This document shows positions 27,505 through 37,662 of a DNA stretch of 61,346 nt, in pieces. Location of the stretch: the IMG/VR virus record IMGVR_UViG_3300028590_000007. One strand, given 5' to 3'. The notes beneath the pieces are model-generated. The model saw nothing but the letters and a program-made list of their open reading frames with translations. It made no database searches and was not told the DNA's origin. Both the position numbers and the translations under genes were made by a program. How positions within the stretch are numbered: the first letter of the stretch is position 1; each line of letters opens with the position of its first letter. This stretch comes from an uncultured virus (IMG/VR IMGVR_UViG_3300028590_000007). Lineage: Duplodnaviria > Heunggongvirae > Uroviricota > Caudoviricetes.

Positions 27505-28013
27505 GTGTTATAGGGATGATTAACTAAATAGGCATTGGAGTAGCGGATATCTTCGGATACTTCAACAGTGGTCCATGAAGGGATTTCGATATCCTCGTCT
27601 TCGGATTCCAGCTCCACCTCGACCAGTTTGAGTTGTGAGTTCTCGTCCTCGAAAACATCAAGCTCCCAGACCTTACCCCCGAAAGGGATACGCAGTCTCT
27701 TTTTGCTGAGACATTTGACCTTAGGATCTACCAGTAGCTGCTCGGCCTTTTCGATAGGGATTTCCGTTTCGATTTCTTCGCGAGTGATCTTGGAGTCGGT
27801 GGGAGTCTTGATCGTCAGCACAGACTTTGTGTCGTTTTCAACACGGACCCTTACGGTGACATTGGAGGTACCAGTATTGATGTAACCCTGCCTGATGTTT
27901 GTGAAATCCTTCAGCATAACCTTGGGACGCATATTGTCCTCCAGCCAGCTTGCGAGTGCGTCCTCATCTACGAGGAACTTTCTTTCGATTTCTTTTTTGC
28001 TAATGGTGCTCAT
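27489..28013 (-). CDS. CYTH-domain triphosphate tunnel metalloenzyme
   Basis: EIERKFLV, IRQGY, VRVR, LTIK, REEIE, WELDVF, VEVEL, EVSEDIRYSN. Confidence 0.93.
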   Translation of the reverse strand: MSTISKKEIERKFLVDEDALASWLEDNMRPKVMLKDFTNIRQGYINTGTSNVTVRVRVENDTKSVLTIKTPTDSKITREEIETEIPIEKAEQLLVDPKVKCLSKKRLRIPFGGKVWELDVFEDENSQLKLVEVELESEDEDIEIPSWTTVEVSEDIRYSNAYLVNHPYNTWPKN

Positions 28014-28021
28014 AGGGGTAT

Positions 28022-28067
28022 AAAAGAAAACCTCCCCAATTACGCATTGTTAAGAGGCGGGGGAGGT
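28022..28067 (-). terminator. Rho-independent terminator ending the virion gene block
   Basis: acctcccc/ggggaggt stem plus U-tract. Confidence 0.6.
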
Positions 28068-28089
28068 ATGATTGAAGTTGTAAGTTAGT

Positions 28090-29388
28090 TTACAGTTTCT
28101 TGTCAAACATCTGATCTATTTCGTCAGTGGTTTGACCGTGAACCTGTTTGGCAGGAGTTTTTTGCATCTCCTTGCCGATGAGGAATTCCATCAGCTTGTG
28201 AGGGGAGAATTCATTGAATCCATCCTCGTCTGAAAGGGGTTCCTTGTCTTCCGCATCATCCTCGTCGTCGTCACCAAGTACTCCGTTGAGGGTGGAATGC
28301 ATATCGCTTGCTCCAATGGCAGCAGCGATTTTAAGAAGCGCAACCTTGTCGGTCTCAGGCAGTTCAGCAGCAACCTTCACATAGGTAGGGCAGCTGTCTG
28401 CGTATTCTGCCGCTGCGATCTGAGCGGTAATAGGGAGCAGGACATCACTCTTACTAAGAAGACAGACGGACATCTTGCGAGCCGCTGGAGTGATCTCTTG
28501 ATCCGAAGCACCCTTGATCAAATCGAACGCAGTACCAACACCAAGGTTAGCGACGTTGTCCTCAATCTCGGAAATGCGACCTTCAGCAACAGCATATACA
28601 AGGTCAGGAAGGAATGAAGCAGACTTAGCCATTCCCAATACTATATCACACAGAATGACTACCCCTTGCCTGAGGTCTTCTTCAGTAGTGGTAAAGTCCA
28701 CCTCAGAGGCGTACTTGGTAGTCTCCTCTTCTTGTGGGGCTGGTTTGCCAATAGCGATAGGGTTCTCCTGATCGATTGGACGCCCGTCACGGGTGTAGCG
28801 AACGCGAAGGGATTTAGGCTTACCGAGAGCATCTCCCAGTTTAGTGGCCTTGCTTCCCGGAAAGTAATGATTAAGGGCCTTGTTGGTCACGACGCCAGAC
28901 GCAATGCCAGCGAGCAAGGTGAGGGCAACAGGCGAAGAGGTAAGTAGTTCCGGAACACTAACAGGTTTACGGGAAGCATCAACAGCGGCAGCAGTCTTAA
29001 CAGCCCCGGGTTCGTTGACGAGCTTGTCCCAGTAGACTTTCTGCGCGTCGTCGAGATCAGACTGAAGGCTTTTCTTCTTAACTTTCTGGTACAGTTTGCG
29101 ACCCAGCATGTATGCAGCCAGAGCAGAAGTGATACCAGTAGCTGCAGCAGCTCCAGTACCAATAACAGAAGCTTGTTTGTCCAGAGGAACGTCAACGTAC
29201 ATCACATTGTCGTCATAACCAGTATCCTTCTCCCGGTCAGCTTTCTGCTTGAGGTATTGGATATAGTTCATTGCTGACGTGAGGGCAGCAACACCAAGAC
29301 CGGCAGTAGCACCGGCGCCAGCAAAGGTTTTCACCAAATGCTTGGTACGAGGAGAGAATGCGCTATTAGTAGGAGCAGGAGCGGTCAT
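28090..29388 (-). CDS. putative virion protein with Gly/Ala-rich hydrophobic segments and K-x-A motifs
   Basis: 432 aa; downstream of the portal-like gene; KQAS, KTAA, KYAS, KSAS, KVAA, KIAA. Confidence 0.6.
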   Translation of the reverse strand: MTAPAPTNSAFSPRTKHLVKTFAGAGATAGLGVAALTSAMNYIQYLKQKADREKDTGYDDNVMYVDVPLDKQASVIGTGAAAATGITSALAAYMLGRKLYQKVKKKSLQSDLDDAQKVYWDKLVNEPGAVKTAAAVDASRKPVSVPELLTSSPVALTLLAGIASGVVTNKALNHYFPGSKATKLGDALGKPKSLRVRYTRDGRPIDQENPIAIGKPAPQEEETTKYASEVDFTTTEEDLRQGVVILCDIVLGMAKSASFLPDLVYAVAEGRISEIEDNVANLGVGTAFDLIKGASDQEITPAARKMSVCLLSKSDVLLPITAQIAAAEYADSCPTYVKVAAELPETDKVALLKIAAAIGASDMHSTLNGVLGDDDEDDAEDKEPLSDEDGFNEFSPHKLMEFLIGKEMQKTPAKQVHGQTTDEIDQMFDKKL

Positions 29389-29390
29389 GG

Positions 29391-29888
29391 TTAAAGTACA
29401 TTAAACTTTTTGTACTGAATAGACTGATATTGGAATAATACCTTGAAAGTCCCTTCAACGGTAGAAAATTCTGTCTTGTTGCGTAGGACTCGGATGCTAG
29501 GGGAACCGAGAGGCAACGTAAGGCTCATCAACCTGTCATACTCTTCCTGATGTTCCTGTTTGCACAGATCGAACACACGGGTATGGATCGACCCAAACTT
29601 AAGTGTGTCAGGCGCGGATAGAGCTTGGTCAGGGATGGAAGGCTTATCGTCAAAACGATCTGGCACCTTAGGAAGCACAGGAGCCGTAGCTTCCGATGGG
29701 CCTTTCGGTTCTTCCTCCTCTGGTTCAGGCGTCGGGATTGTTACACCACCTGCGGCTTCAAACTCACCTTGTTCCGCAGCAGCACCGGGGATGTAGTCCT
29801 CGTACTTGGCATCCTCCAACTCATCAACTTCAACCGAGAAATCCTTTTCGTTATCCTCGTCGAAGGGAATCACATTATCATCTGACAT
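29391..29888 (-). CDS. hypothetical acidic protein (virion block)
   Basis: 165 aa ORF. Confidence 0.8.
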   Translation of the reverse strand: MSDDNVIPFDEDNEKDFSVEVDELEDAKYEDYIPGAAAEQGEFEAAGGVTIPTPEPEEEEPKGPSEATAPVLPKVPDRFDDKPSIPDQALSAPDTLKFGSIHTRVFDLCKQEHQEEYDRLMSLTLPLGSPSIRVLRNKTEFSTVEGTFKVLFQYQSIQYKKFNVL

Positions 29889-29890
29889 GC

Positions 29891-30526
29891 TTAGTAAGAT
29901 GCAGCAAAACTCTTAACATCCGCAAGAGATTTATGCCGCTTGTTGCGCATATCTTCTTCCAGCAGTTTCCGCATACGGTCGTATTCAGAGATCTTCGTCT
30001 TGAGCTTCTCGTTCTCGATGTCGTCGTCTTCGTTGATCTGACGATTCATACCCCAGTAAAGACCTCCACCAACTGCACCAGTGGTTACACCGGCAGCTAC
30101 GAGGGCTTTCATGAGGGAAGGGGAGTAAGTGACAGCACGGCCTGCAAGACCCGTAGCAAGCCCCTGTAGGCCCGGAGCGGCGCTCTTCTCAAATGAAGCG
30201 TCATGCTCTGCCATGCGGGCTTCTTCCGCTGCGACAATACGGCTAAAGTGGGGATCCAGAAGTTCAACCATTTCCTCGGACCAGTCGGTCTGCGAAGCGA
30301 GTTTCTTCATAAGGAAGTACTCTTGGCTAACACCTTCACTCTTGAGAAGGCTTTCCGCAATACCGTTGGCACAGCTACGATACAAACCTACAGCAGCCTC
30401 TTTGATCATAGGATCCTTGGACTCCACATTGAAGGCTTCCATTTCACCTAGAGTAACAAGAGGATCACGCCCAAGAGCGACAAGGCCGATGGTTTTACCG
30501 ATTTCTCTGAACGATTGTGTATTCAT
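29891..30526 (-). CDS. putative virion protein with K-x-A motifs
   Basis: 211 aa; KEAA, KLAS, KSAA followed by a Gly-rich hydrophobic helix. Confidence 0.6.
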   Translation of the reverse strand: MNTQSFREIGKTIGLVALGRDPLVTLGEMEAFNVESKDPMIKEAAVGLYRSCANGIAESLLKSEGVSQEYFLMKKLASQTDWSEEMVELLDPHFSRIVAAEEARMAEHDASFEKSAAPGLQGLATGLAGRAVTYSPSLMKALVAAGVTTGAVGGGLYWGMNRQINEDDDIENEKLKTKISEYDRMRKLLEEDMRNKRHKSLADVKSFAASY

Positions 30527-31302
30527 TAGTATGGACGGACGTACTGTCCGAAAGCGTTAACTTTTGATTGATTGGAATTGTAGCCAACGACGCCACCTAT
30601 GATAGCACCCGCCAAGGGCATAAGCAAACCTTTTGCAGACAGGAACCTACCCACAGCAGCACCCAGAGCAGCACCGATGAGACCGCTTACTCCGCGAGAC
30701 AAACTGTTGGCTTCGCTATTGGACAAACGACGAACACCTGCGATGAGAGCCTGCTTCTCAGTGATAGACAAAGAGCCATTACGCTCGATGTCACGGATAA
30801 GATCGTAGGCACTACCGGACTTGGTCATCTGGTTGCGTTGATAGTGATTATAAGCAAGAGCACCTCCACCCACAAGAGCGCCCAGTAGTCCTGCTTTCCA
30901 GTTACCACCTTCTTCAGCTTTATTGCCTGCATAGGCTGCCAGAGAGTTATTGGAGTACTGTTTGCTCTTCAGGTACTGGTTAAGGAGAGCACCCCCAATC
31001 AGCCCTACACCTGCTCCGAGCGCAATAGGTTTAGCATAACCAGAGTCCATGGTGGTGTCGAAACCACGCAGCATGTTACCAAACTGCGGTCGAACCATGT
31101 CCCCAATTTTAGTACCCCACGAATTCTTATTAGCATCAAAGCGATCATAGGAATCGCGTGCTGCGCTATAAGGATTGGCTTGCTGATAATTGCGATCAAA
31201 CGTCGCAGCAAACTGTTTGTCTGTCAGACTGTTGTAGACATCTGGCGGAATATCAGTTTGCCCAACCATCTGTGAGCGCATTTGTGGGGTATACTGCTGC
31301 AT
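30526..31302 (-). CDS. putative virion protein with glycine-zipper segments
   Basis: 258 aa; GAGVGLIGGAL, GLLGALVGGGAL, GLIGAALGAAVG, GAIIGGVVG. Confidence 0.6.
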   Translation of the reverse strand: MQQYTPQMRSQMVGQTDIPPDVYNSLTDKQFAATFDRNYQQANPYSAARDSYDRFDANKNSWGTKIGDMVRPQFGNMLRGFDTTMDSGYAKPIALGAGVGLIGGALLNQYLKSKQYSNNSLAAYAGNKAEEGGNWKAGLLGALVGGGALAYNHYQRNQMTKSGSAYDLIRDIERNGSLSITEKQALIAGVRRLSNSEANSLSRGVSGLIGAALGAAVGRFLSAKGLLMPLAGAIIGGVVGYNSNQSKVNAFGQYVRPY

Positions 31303-31508
31303 TAGTACGTCTGACGGTATTGATCAGAGTCTACCTCAGATCCGTGTCCAGTACCAGCAATTACGTTGTCTCCGGTCCAGCCGGGGTCCTTGGGAGGATC
31401 AGGCTGAGGACCGTTCTTACCGTTTTCCGATATACCGCCAATCTTGTCCCCTTCGATGCCGAGGACCTTCTTGCGGATCTCTTTGATTTGATGAATGCGA
31501 GGGTTCAT
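31302..31508 (-). CDS. small hypothetical protein (68 aa)
   Basis: ATG 31508 overlaps the portal-like TAA; its stop overlaps the next ATG. Confidence 0.7.
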   Translation of the reverse strand: MNPRIHQIKEIRKKVLGIEGDKIGGISENGKNGPQPDPPKDPGWTGDNVIAGTGHGSEVDSDQYRQTY

Positions 31509-33358
31509 TATTGTTGAGGAGGTGCGCCAGCGCCACCTTGTGCGGCGATCTGACCAGCTTGTTGTCTGCCCATGGACTCGCCTTGAGAACGATACTTCTC
31601 CATGAGTTGTTTCGCAAGAGCATGGATGTTCGGCTTGGTTGCCTCGACATTCGCCATATCCTTCTGGCGCTCGCCTTCTTCCATATTGAGCCACTTCTGC
31701 GCGAGTTGATCGGCTTCCTGCCATTGCTGATCGGGAGTACCTCCACCGCCTGCAGCACCAGCTTGACCCGGAGCACCTGCCCCAGCAGCTCCGACAGCCT
31801 GACCGAGACTTGCAGCTTCCTGTTGCTTCTGAAGCTCGGCTTGAGCCTCCTGAGCAGCAAGGTTGAACTCGGTGTCTTCTTGGAGACGCTGACGGTAGGC
31901 TTGGACGGGGTCCTTGATACCGAGAGATTTGAGGAAGTGCTCGCGTGGAAATTCTCCACCAGCCATAAGCTGCATCTCGATGTTCCGTTTTTCGACATCG
32001 TCTGCAATGGTTGGGGTTTGCATTTCGATCTCCATAGGAGGAAGACCAAGGAAGTCACGGGTACGGTTGGTCACCCATTTAACGAACTTGTTGAAGTTAT
32101 GATAAACGAAATGGAAGGACCGCTCGAAGACACGGACTGCGATGGGGAAATTTTGATACTGCAGCGTACCATGGAACAGCTCAGCAGGGTAACCCACAGA
32201 GTTGAGGATGGTATTCATCTGCAGCTCCATGAGATCTTTAGGAACTAGCTCCTTACCGTTACCGGAAAGCTCGCTGTAGTTCGTCTGGAAAGGAATAGCG
32301 AACACACTGTCCTGCTCCTCGCGCCACTTATGGACAACACCTTTCATGTGCTGCATCCACTGTGCGGAGTTCTGCATGAACATAGGGTCAATGTCACCTC
32401 CCGAACCAGAACCAAAGCCGGGGGAAACAAGACGCAACGGAACCATGTAGTCACGAGCGAGCGTTTCGTCGATCTTACGGTAGACTTGGAGTTGGTGTAG
32501 CTCCCGATAATGGGCAATAGGATTTGGAATACCAAGTCCCTTCTTGGAGATACCAGTAATCGATGGTCGGGTGAACATAAAGACGTGACCTTCGTTGAAA
32601 CGGAAGTCGCCTTTCTCTGCAATCACCTGCAGCATCTTCTTATGAGTCTGGTTGATCTCGAAGATGTCGTTATTTTGGATCGCTTGTTTGAACTCAGGAT
32701 CGAATTGATAAACAACTTCGGTCTTCTTGGACATGGTTCCATAGTTGACCCGGCAGTAACGCGGATCAAGCATCACAAGCGAGATACCTTTCTTATCCTT
32801 GGAGAACTTGTCGATGAATTCGAACTCGACGGTATCAGCTTCCTTCCAAGAGCGACCTTGCGCCACCTGCTTTGGATCAGGAGCGGTAAAGGTGCATTTC
32901 TGCCAGTTGTATTTGAGCAGCTCGCGAGGAATGATACTGATGTTGTAATACTTCGGCTTACCGGGGACGCGAACATCCTTGAGGTACCGATGGAATGGGA
33001 AGTTAATACGAACAAAGCCAACACCGTATGCTGACCAGTCGTCTCCCAAGTTTTGTTGTGTCTGGAAAATATCCAGATCATCCACTAGAAACTGACGCCA
33101 TTCGTCCTGCTCTTCTGGAGAGCCTTTTTTACCAATGAAACCAACGTCCGTGATAAAGTGAGAGATGACCCGACGAGACGCTTCAGCGTACTGTCCCGTC
33201 AGGTTGTAAAGGTAAGCGCAGAAATCCAACGACGATCTATAGTCTGTCGGGAATGTCTCATTACTGTAGAGTAGGAACGGGTTGGTATGACCCTTCCCAC
33301 CGCTACGAGGGGAGCTAAACTGCTTGTTATTCCCGATAGGGATCGCATTGGAATTCAT
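31508..33358 (-). CDS. putative portal protein
   Basis: 616 aa; portal-like layout (DDWSAYGVGF, LDPRY, GIPNPI, SVGYPAELFHG) with Gln/Gly/Ala-rich C-terminal extension. Confidence 0.6.
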   Translation of the reverse strand: MNSNAIPIGNNKQFSSPRSGGKGHTNPFLLYSNETFPTDYRSSLDFCAYLYNLTGQYAEASRRVISHFITDVGFIGKKGSPEEQDEWRQFLVDDLDIFQTQQNLGDDWSAYGVGFVRINFPFHRYLKDVRVPGKPKYYNISIIPRELLKYNWQKCTFTAPDPKQVAQGRSWKEADTVEFEFIDKFSKDKKGISLVMLDPRYCRVNYGTMSKKTEVVYQFDPEFKQAIQNNDIFEINQTHKKMLQVIAEKGDFRFNEGHVFMFTRPSITGISKKGLGIPNPIAHYRELHQLQVYRKIDETLARDYMVPLRLVSPGFGSGSGGDIDPMFMQNSAQWMQHMKGVVHKWREEQDSVFAIPFQTNYSELSGNGKELVPKDLMELQMNTILNSVGYPAELFHGTLQYQNFPIAVRVFERSFHFVYHNFNKFVKWVTNRTRDFLGLPPMEIEMQTPTIADDVEKRNIEMQLMAGGEFPREHFLKSLGIKDPVQAYRQRLQEDTEFNLAAQEAQAELQKQQEAASLGQAVGAAGAGAPGQAGAAGGGGTPDQQWQEADQLAQKWLNMEEGERQKDMANVEATKPNIHALAKQLMEKYRSQGESMGRQQAGQIAAQGGAGAPPQQ

Positions 33359-33363
33359 TTAAT

Positions 33364-33534
33364 TCACTTACTGTCTTTAATCTCTTTATCTGAGATGTCG
33401 ATTTCCGGAAGGTCTTTGATGACCTTGGCAGCCTTGGTTAGACAAGGCTCGCCGTTGACGATAGTCGTACAAGTTTTACCAGTTTCAGAGCAGGGCGATA
33501 TCCCTTCTTCTACTACAGCTTTCTTGACAAACAT
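33364..33534 (-). CDS. small Cys-containing protein (56 aa)
   Basis: Read manually: MFVKKAVVEEGISPCSETGKTC...DKEIKDSK; fills the gap upstream of the portal-like gene. Confidence 0.65.
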   Translation of the reverse strand: MFVKKAVVEEGISPCSETGKTCTTIVNGEPCLTKAAKVIKDLPEIDISDKEIKDSK

Positions 33535-33538
33535 GTGA

Positions 33539-34123
33539 TTATTTTATCAGAAACAATTGAATTTGAAATGGAAATTTATCCACCGCGACCTTCCCCATGA
33601 ACAAACATTCATAGGTACTGGATTCAGGAGTACCGGTCATAACTGTCACCTCCACGCCGGGGTCTAGTTCCACTTCGGTAAGGGACTTGGAAGGAGTCAT
33701 TATGACAATATTACTACCGTCTTCCGACACCCGCATCTGCGACGACTTCAGAAAGATGCTGAATTTATCGATCTTCAGTCGGATAGGGCCTGTCTCGTTA
33801 GAGTACAAACTTGAGGCCCATTCCAGAACCGCAGAAGCATCCGCTGGATGGTTTCTGGCAAATTTCATCGCAGCATCAGACAGCCCCGGCAAGGGCTGCT
33901 TGGCTGCTACTTTCTCCGCCATCTTTTCCGACGCTTTATGCAGATCCGAAAGGAAGTCAGTGTTGATGAATGCCATGGCCTTCTCCGTACCTGATTCAGG
34001 TTCCTTACGTTCGGGTTTAAAAGTGGCAGCTTCAAGACCGTCCATAAGCATGAGGGTCTTAGCTTTAAAACTTTCAGGAGTCTTGTCAGACCCTGTATCA
34101 GGAATCGGTCCTTTGTGTGGCAT
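33539..34123 (-). CDS. hypothetical protein
   Basis: 194 aa; TAATG-coupled to the ligase. Confidence 0.8.
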   Translation of the reverse strand: MPHKGPIPDTGSDKTPESFKAKTLMLMDGLEAATFKPERKEPESGTEKAMAFINTDFLSDLHKASEKMAEKVAAKQPLPGLSDAAMKFARNHPADASAVLEWASSLYSNETGPIRLKIDKFSIFLKSSQMRVSEDGSNIVIMTPSKSLTEVELDPGVEVTVMTGTPESSTYECLFMGKVAVDKFPFQIQLFLIK

Positions 34124-35235
34124 TATTCTTTGTCGCGAATCGCTTTCCAGTTGGGGAACCTTAGCTTACCATCCTTAGTATAGCCTTGGAACTTAACTGT
34201 TGCCATCTTGCCGATGTACTTGTCTTTGTCAATCCACAATTGACGGTTAAGTTCATCCGTACCAGTAGGCCCGGCTTCGGATGTAGTACCGTCTTCTAGT
34301 CTGACAATCCATTTGCCTACGCGGTCGGCGAATTTACCGACACCCGCTTCCACACCGACAACCTCGAACTCTTTGTCGATGAACGTCTTTACTTTGAGCA
34401 GATGCTTGGTGCGTCCGAACTGGTAACCCTGTTCACCCCACCGAACCATGGTGCCCTCGTAGCCGTTGCTTACGAATACCCGGTCCCAATCCTCCATGTC
34501 TCCTACGTGATCGACCTTGTACTGAGGAAGTAAGATGATTTGCTCATACTCCGAATGTTCCCGCATATCCTTCAGGATGGATCGCATATCGTATAGACGA
34601 GATTCAAAGTTCTCTGAAAGATTGATATCAAACATGTGGAACTCCAGAATCTTTGCCCGCTCAATGTCTTCAGCTGTGGCGTCAGGTTGCTTCGCCAGAC
34701 TAATGAGCTTATTGAAGTCATCCTTCAGCACATGAGCATACAGTTCTCCGTCAAAGATTAGTTTATCATTCTTAGGGTCGCTGTAGATGTGTTTCTGGAA
34801 TGGTTCAAAGATGTGCGGACATGTGATGATGGGTTTGTTACCACGTGACCACATACCATCCTTGTTGATGAGACATCGCATACCATCCAGCTTAGGAGAG
34901 ACGAACGCCGGGTATACTACCTTGGATTCGTAATCTGGGAACTCATGCGCGAGCGTACACTCAAACATTACTTCCTTGGTTTCAGGATCATCAACATACC
35001 CTTTATCCCTTTTCTTTTGTACCTTGGACTTTGCCTCCGCGATAGCTTGCGCCTCGCCTGTCGTAGCGTTCTTCTTGCCTACGTGTTTCGGAGTGCAGGT
35101 GGTCCATACATTGGTCGTCAGTTTGAATCCGACGTAACCTTCGGTAACACGGAACTTATCTCCTTCAACTTCGATAGACCATTGCTGGGTTTTCTTGGCT
35201 TTAGGGTTGTACTTGTACAGTGTTGCTATAATCAT
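34123..35235 (-). CDS. lig: ATP-dependent DNA ligase with N-terminal WGR-like domain
   Basis: SPKLDGMRC (motif I), FDGELY, FHMFDI, GYEGTMVR, LLKVK, TVKFQ, LRFP. Confidence 0.95.
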   Translation of the reverse strand: MIIATLYKYNPKAKKTQQWSIEVEGDKFRVTEGYVGFKLTTNVWTTCTPKHVGKKNATTGEAQAIAEAKSKVQKKRDKGYVDDPETKEVMFECTLAHEFPDYESKVVYPAFVSPKLDGMRCLINKDGMWSRGNKPIITCPHIFEPFQKHIYSDPKNDKLIFDGELYAHVLKDDFNKLISLAKQPDATAEDIERAKILEFHMFDINLSENFESRLYDMRSILKDMREHSEYEQIILLPQYKVDHVGDMEDWDRVFVSNGYEGTMVRWGEQGYQFGRTKHLLKVKTFIDKEFEVVGVEAGVGKFADRVGKWIVRLEDGTTSEAGPTGTDELNRQLWIDKDKYIGKMATVKFQGYTKDGKLRFPNWKAIRDKE

Positions 35236-35915
35236 TTTCTTTTACTGGTAAATCGGGACGCCATCATTTCAAGCGCCCCGATCTCTTCCTTGTTAGCGTT
35301 ACGCCACTTCTTGTCCAGTAATACGGACATCCGTACCAACTCTATGAAAGCTTTCCTTCCCATAAGGAAGTCACCTTCCACTTCATTGTGATTGGATATA
35401 AGAGTGGCCCTAGGTGATTCTTTGTAATGACTAAATTCCGTACGGAACATGTGCATCCCTGAGCTGGAATACACATGAACCGCCAGAACCATTACTCCGC
35501 CCAACACCTTGGAACGAAGTTCAGTATCAAATCCATTGCGTGTCATTGCCTCCTGATAAAGAGAAGCCACTTCCACCATCAAACCATTTGCGGGAATACG
35601 TAATCCCGATGAGACATATCCTTTGTAGAAGGGGAGGATGAGGTCTAGTTTTTGATATGGTTTGGCGATGGCGAGGTTCTCCGTATCATTGGGAGAAATG
35701 TAATCCGTAGGATCGATACCTAGTCGTTCGCAGATTTCCACCACACGAACGACTGGTATTCTAGTTATGCATTTCTTCCAACGGAACCAAGTGGTCCTGT
35801 CAGTTCCAACCGCCTTTAGAAGAGTATCTGCTTTCTGTTCCATGTCCGGATGAAGGCGTGTTTCCAGATCTTGGACAAACTTCTTCTGCGGTTCTTGTGA
35901 CAGGTACTTAGCCAT
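35232..35915 (-). CDS. XRE-like helix-turn-helix protein
   Basis: TLLKAVGTDRTTWFRWKK...IPVVRVVEICERLGID. Confidence 0.65.
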   Translation of the reverse strand: MAKYLSQEPQKKFVQDLETRLHPDMEQKADTLLKAVGTDRTTWFRWKKCITRIPVVRVVEICERLGIDPTDYISPNDTENLAIAKPYQKLDLILPFYKGYVSSGLRIPANGLMVEVASLYQEAMTRNGFDTELRSKVLGGVMVLAVHVYSSSGMHMFRTEFSHYKESPRATLISNHNEVEGDFLMGRKAFIELVRMSVLLDKKWRNANKEEIGALEMMASRFTSKRK

Positions 35916-35951
35916 ACTTGGTTCTTACACGAACTGACGGATTAGGCCAGC

Positions 35952-36404
35952 TTAATAATACTGAGGAAAGGTTCCCGGGTCCGACCATTTGTCGGCCTCA
36001 GGTTTGTACGGAGGGGTGTCGTACTTACCCTGCTCTTCAATACGTTTCTGGATGTCTTTCGCAATCTTATCCAGAGGCATTGCAGGTACAGCAGGTTTAG
36101 GAGGAGGCATGTACCCCAACCCGTAAGCTTCCTGAGAAACTTTGATATGAGCAGGCCACGATTTGAAGGGACCGGGGTTTAGTTCCCCCTGCAACCTACG
36201 GATTTCTTCCTTCAGGTTCTTGATCTTGATTTGCTGTTCAAGCTCACGCCGCTGGGCTTCCAAATCACGGATCTCCTCCTCGTAGTTCCGACGGCCTTGC
36301 CGTTCCTTGGCGTTGTCTATGAGGTCTTGTTTAAAGTGATCCATAATACCGTTACAGGTCAGTGGTGGTAGTTGTTTTTGGCTCATTTGCTTTTGCGTAA
36401 TCAT
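35952..36404 (-). CDS. hypothetical coiled-coil protein (start uncertain)
   Basis: Up to 150 aa with a heptad-rich centre. Confidence 0.7.
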   Translation of the reverse strand: MITQKQMSQKQLPPLTCNGIMDHFKQDLIDNAKERQGRRNYEEEIRDLEAQRRELEQQIKIKNLKEEIRRLQGELNPGPFKSWPAHIKVSQEAYGLGYMPPPKPAVPAMPLDKIAKDIQKRIEEQGKYDTPPYKPEADKWSDPGTFPQYY

Positions 36405-36984
36405 CCAATGCTTTATGCATTACTTCGTAACTCCCTGCGTCGATTGCAAGGAAATGCATCGCTTGGGAGTAGGCGTCATCCACTGCTTCATGGTGCACAC
36501 CATAGCGTTGCATTTTCAATCCTTTTGCAATAGGCAGATTCTTGATGGTGCGGTAACACCTGCTGTTCCATCTTCCCCACGGACGTTCGAGCTTTGCAGC
36601 CGCGTATGCCGTGTCGAGTAGAACATTGTCAAAGTCTGCTCCGTTTCCCCAGACTTTGACCTGACCACCCAGACGTTTCTGAGCAGTACCGATCCAGTCA
36701 GAGAACTTAGTCAGTCCCTCACGGAGAGGTACGCTATCTTTCTTGAACTGGGCTTGGGCGTCCTTGGATTGTGAAATCCACCATAGAACCGTCGACACGT
36801 CCATCTTGAGACCATGGGTCGCTGCTTCTTCAGGATTTATGTATACCGAGAACTCCGAGTAAACGCCGAGCTTTGGTGCGAATGCCACGGCGCCAATTGC
36901 TGTGACAATCGACCCCGGACCGTTGCCCAGAGTCTCAATGTCCAGCATGACATTTGTTTCCTTTTCTCCTAGTAGTATATTCAA
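36352..36984 (-). CDS. DEDD-family 3'-5' exonuclease
   Basis: MLDIETLG, WGNGADFDN, RCYRT, HEAVDDA. Confidence 0.92.
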   Translation of the reverse strand: MNILLGEKETNVMLDIETLGNGPGSIVTAIGAVAFAPKLGVYSEFSVYINPEEAATHGLKMDVSTVLWWISQSKDAQAQFKKDSVPLREGLTKFSDWIGTAQKRLGGQVKVWGNGADFDNVLLDTAYAAAKLERPWGRWNSRCYRTIKNLPIAKGLKMQRYGVHHEAVDDAYSQAMHFLAIDAGSYEVMHKALDDYAKANEPKTTTTTDL

Positions 36985-37346
36985 GCCAGTTCCAGTTCGA
37001 TTTCTTTCTTAACGGTCTCAAGGGCTGCTTCCACTTGTTCCAAACTGATGAAACCACGGCTGGGATCGACTTGATCCTCATCAATGGATTTATTCAGATA
37101 CTTGAGGATTTTGTCGATCTTCCGTTTCTGCAGTTCCGGTTTGATATCCGGTACCAGTCCCAGCTCATTCAGAACAGCCATGACCACCCATAGGTCTCCG
37201 AACTCGTACGTAACGCGTTCGCCATTGGTTAGGTCTTGTCCTGATTGAACTTCCTCAGTACCAAAGCGCATAGCCTTGGAACATCGTTGCCCGATTTCGC
37301 AGCATTCTTCAGCTGCTTGATTTAGTAGTGCTTGTTCAAGTGTCAT
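36981..37346 (-). CDS. MazG-like NTP pyrophosphohydrolase
   Basis: AAEECCEIGQRCSKAMRFG...EFGDL. Confidence 0.8.
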   Translation of the reverse strand: MTLEQALLNQAAEECCEIGQRCSKAMRFGTEEVQSGQDLTNGERVTYEFGDLWVVMAVLNELGLVPDIKPELQKRKIDKILKYLNKSIDEDQVDPSRGFISLEQVEAALETVKKEIELELA

Positions 37347-37662
37347 TCTTTTTCGATTCTATAATATCCCCGTCTGATTGTTCCAAGATCATGTCTATCT
37401 CCGCAGCCACTAGTGCTGCAGCCTTGACCAGATCCCGTAAACGATCTGCTCCTCTCGCTGGTTTCCAGTATTTATCTTCCCAAGGCCATAGCTCGGATTG
37501 CTTGATATGGGTCTCATTGGGACCATGTACATAGTGGTCCAGATAGCACATTGCTGCGTCCACCATCTCAGTACCTTCGTATTCGTCACTAGTATAGCCA
37601 AGTATTTCAACCTGACGCTGACGTTCCGCTGCTATCAATTTTATGCCTCTGGATTCACTCAT
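37336..37662 (-). CDS. conserved phage hypothetical protein
   Basis: IAAERQRQ...WPW...WKP...RDLVKAAALVAAEID family. Confidence 0.8.
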   Translation of the reverse strand: MSESRGIKLIAAERQRQVEILGYTSDEYEGTEMVDAAMCYLDHYVHGPNETHIKQSELWPWEDKYWKPARGADRLRDLVKAAALVAAEIDMILEQSDGDIIESKKNDT

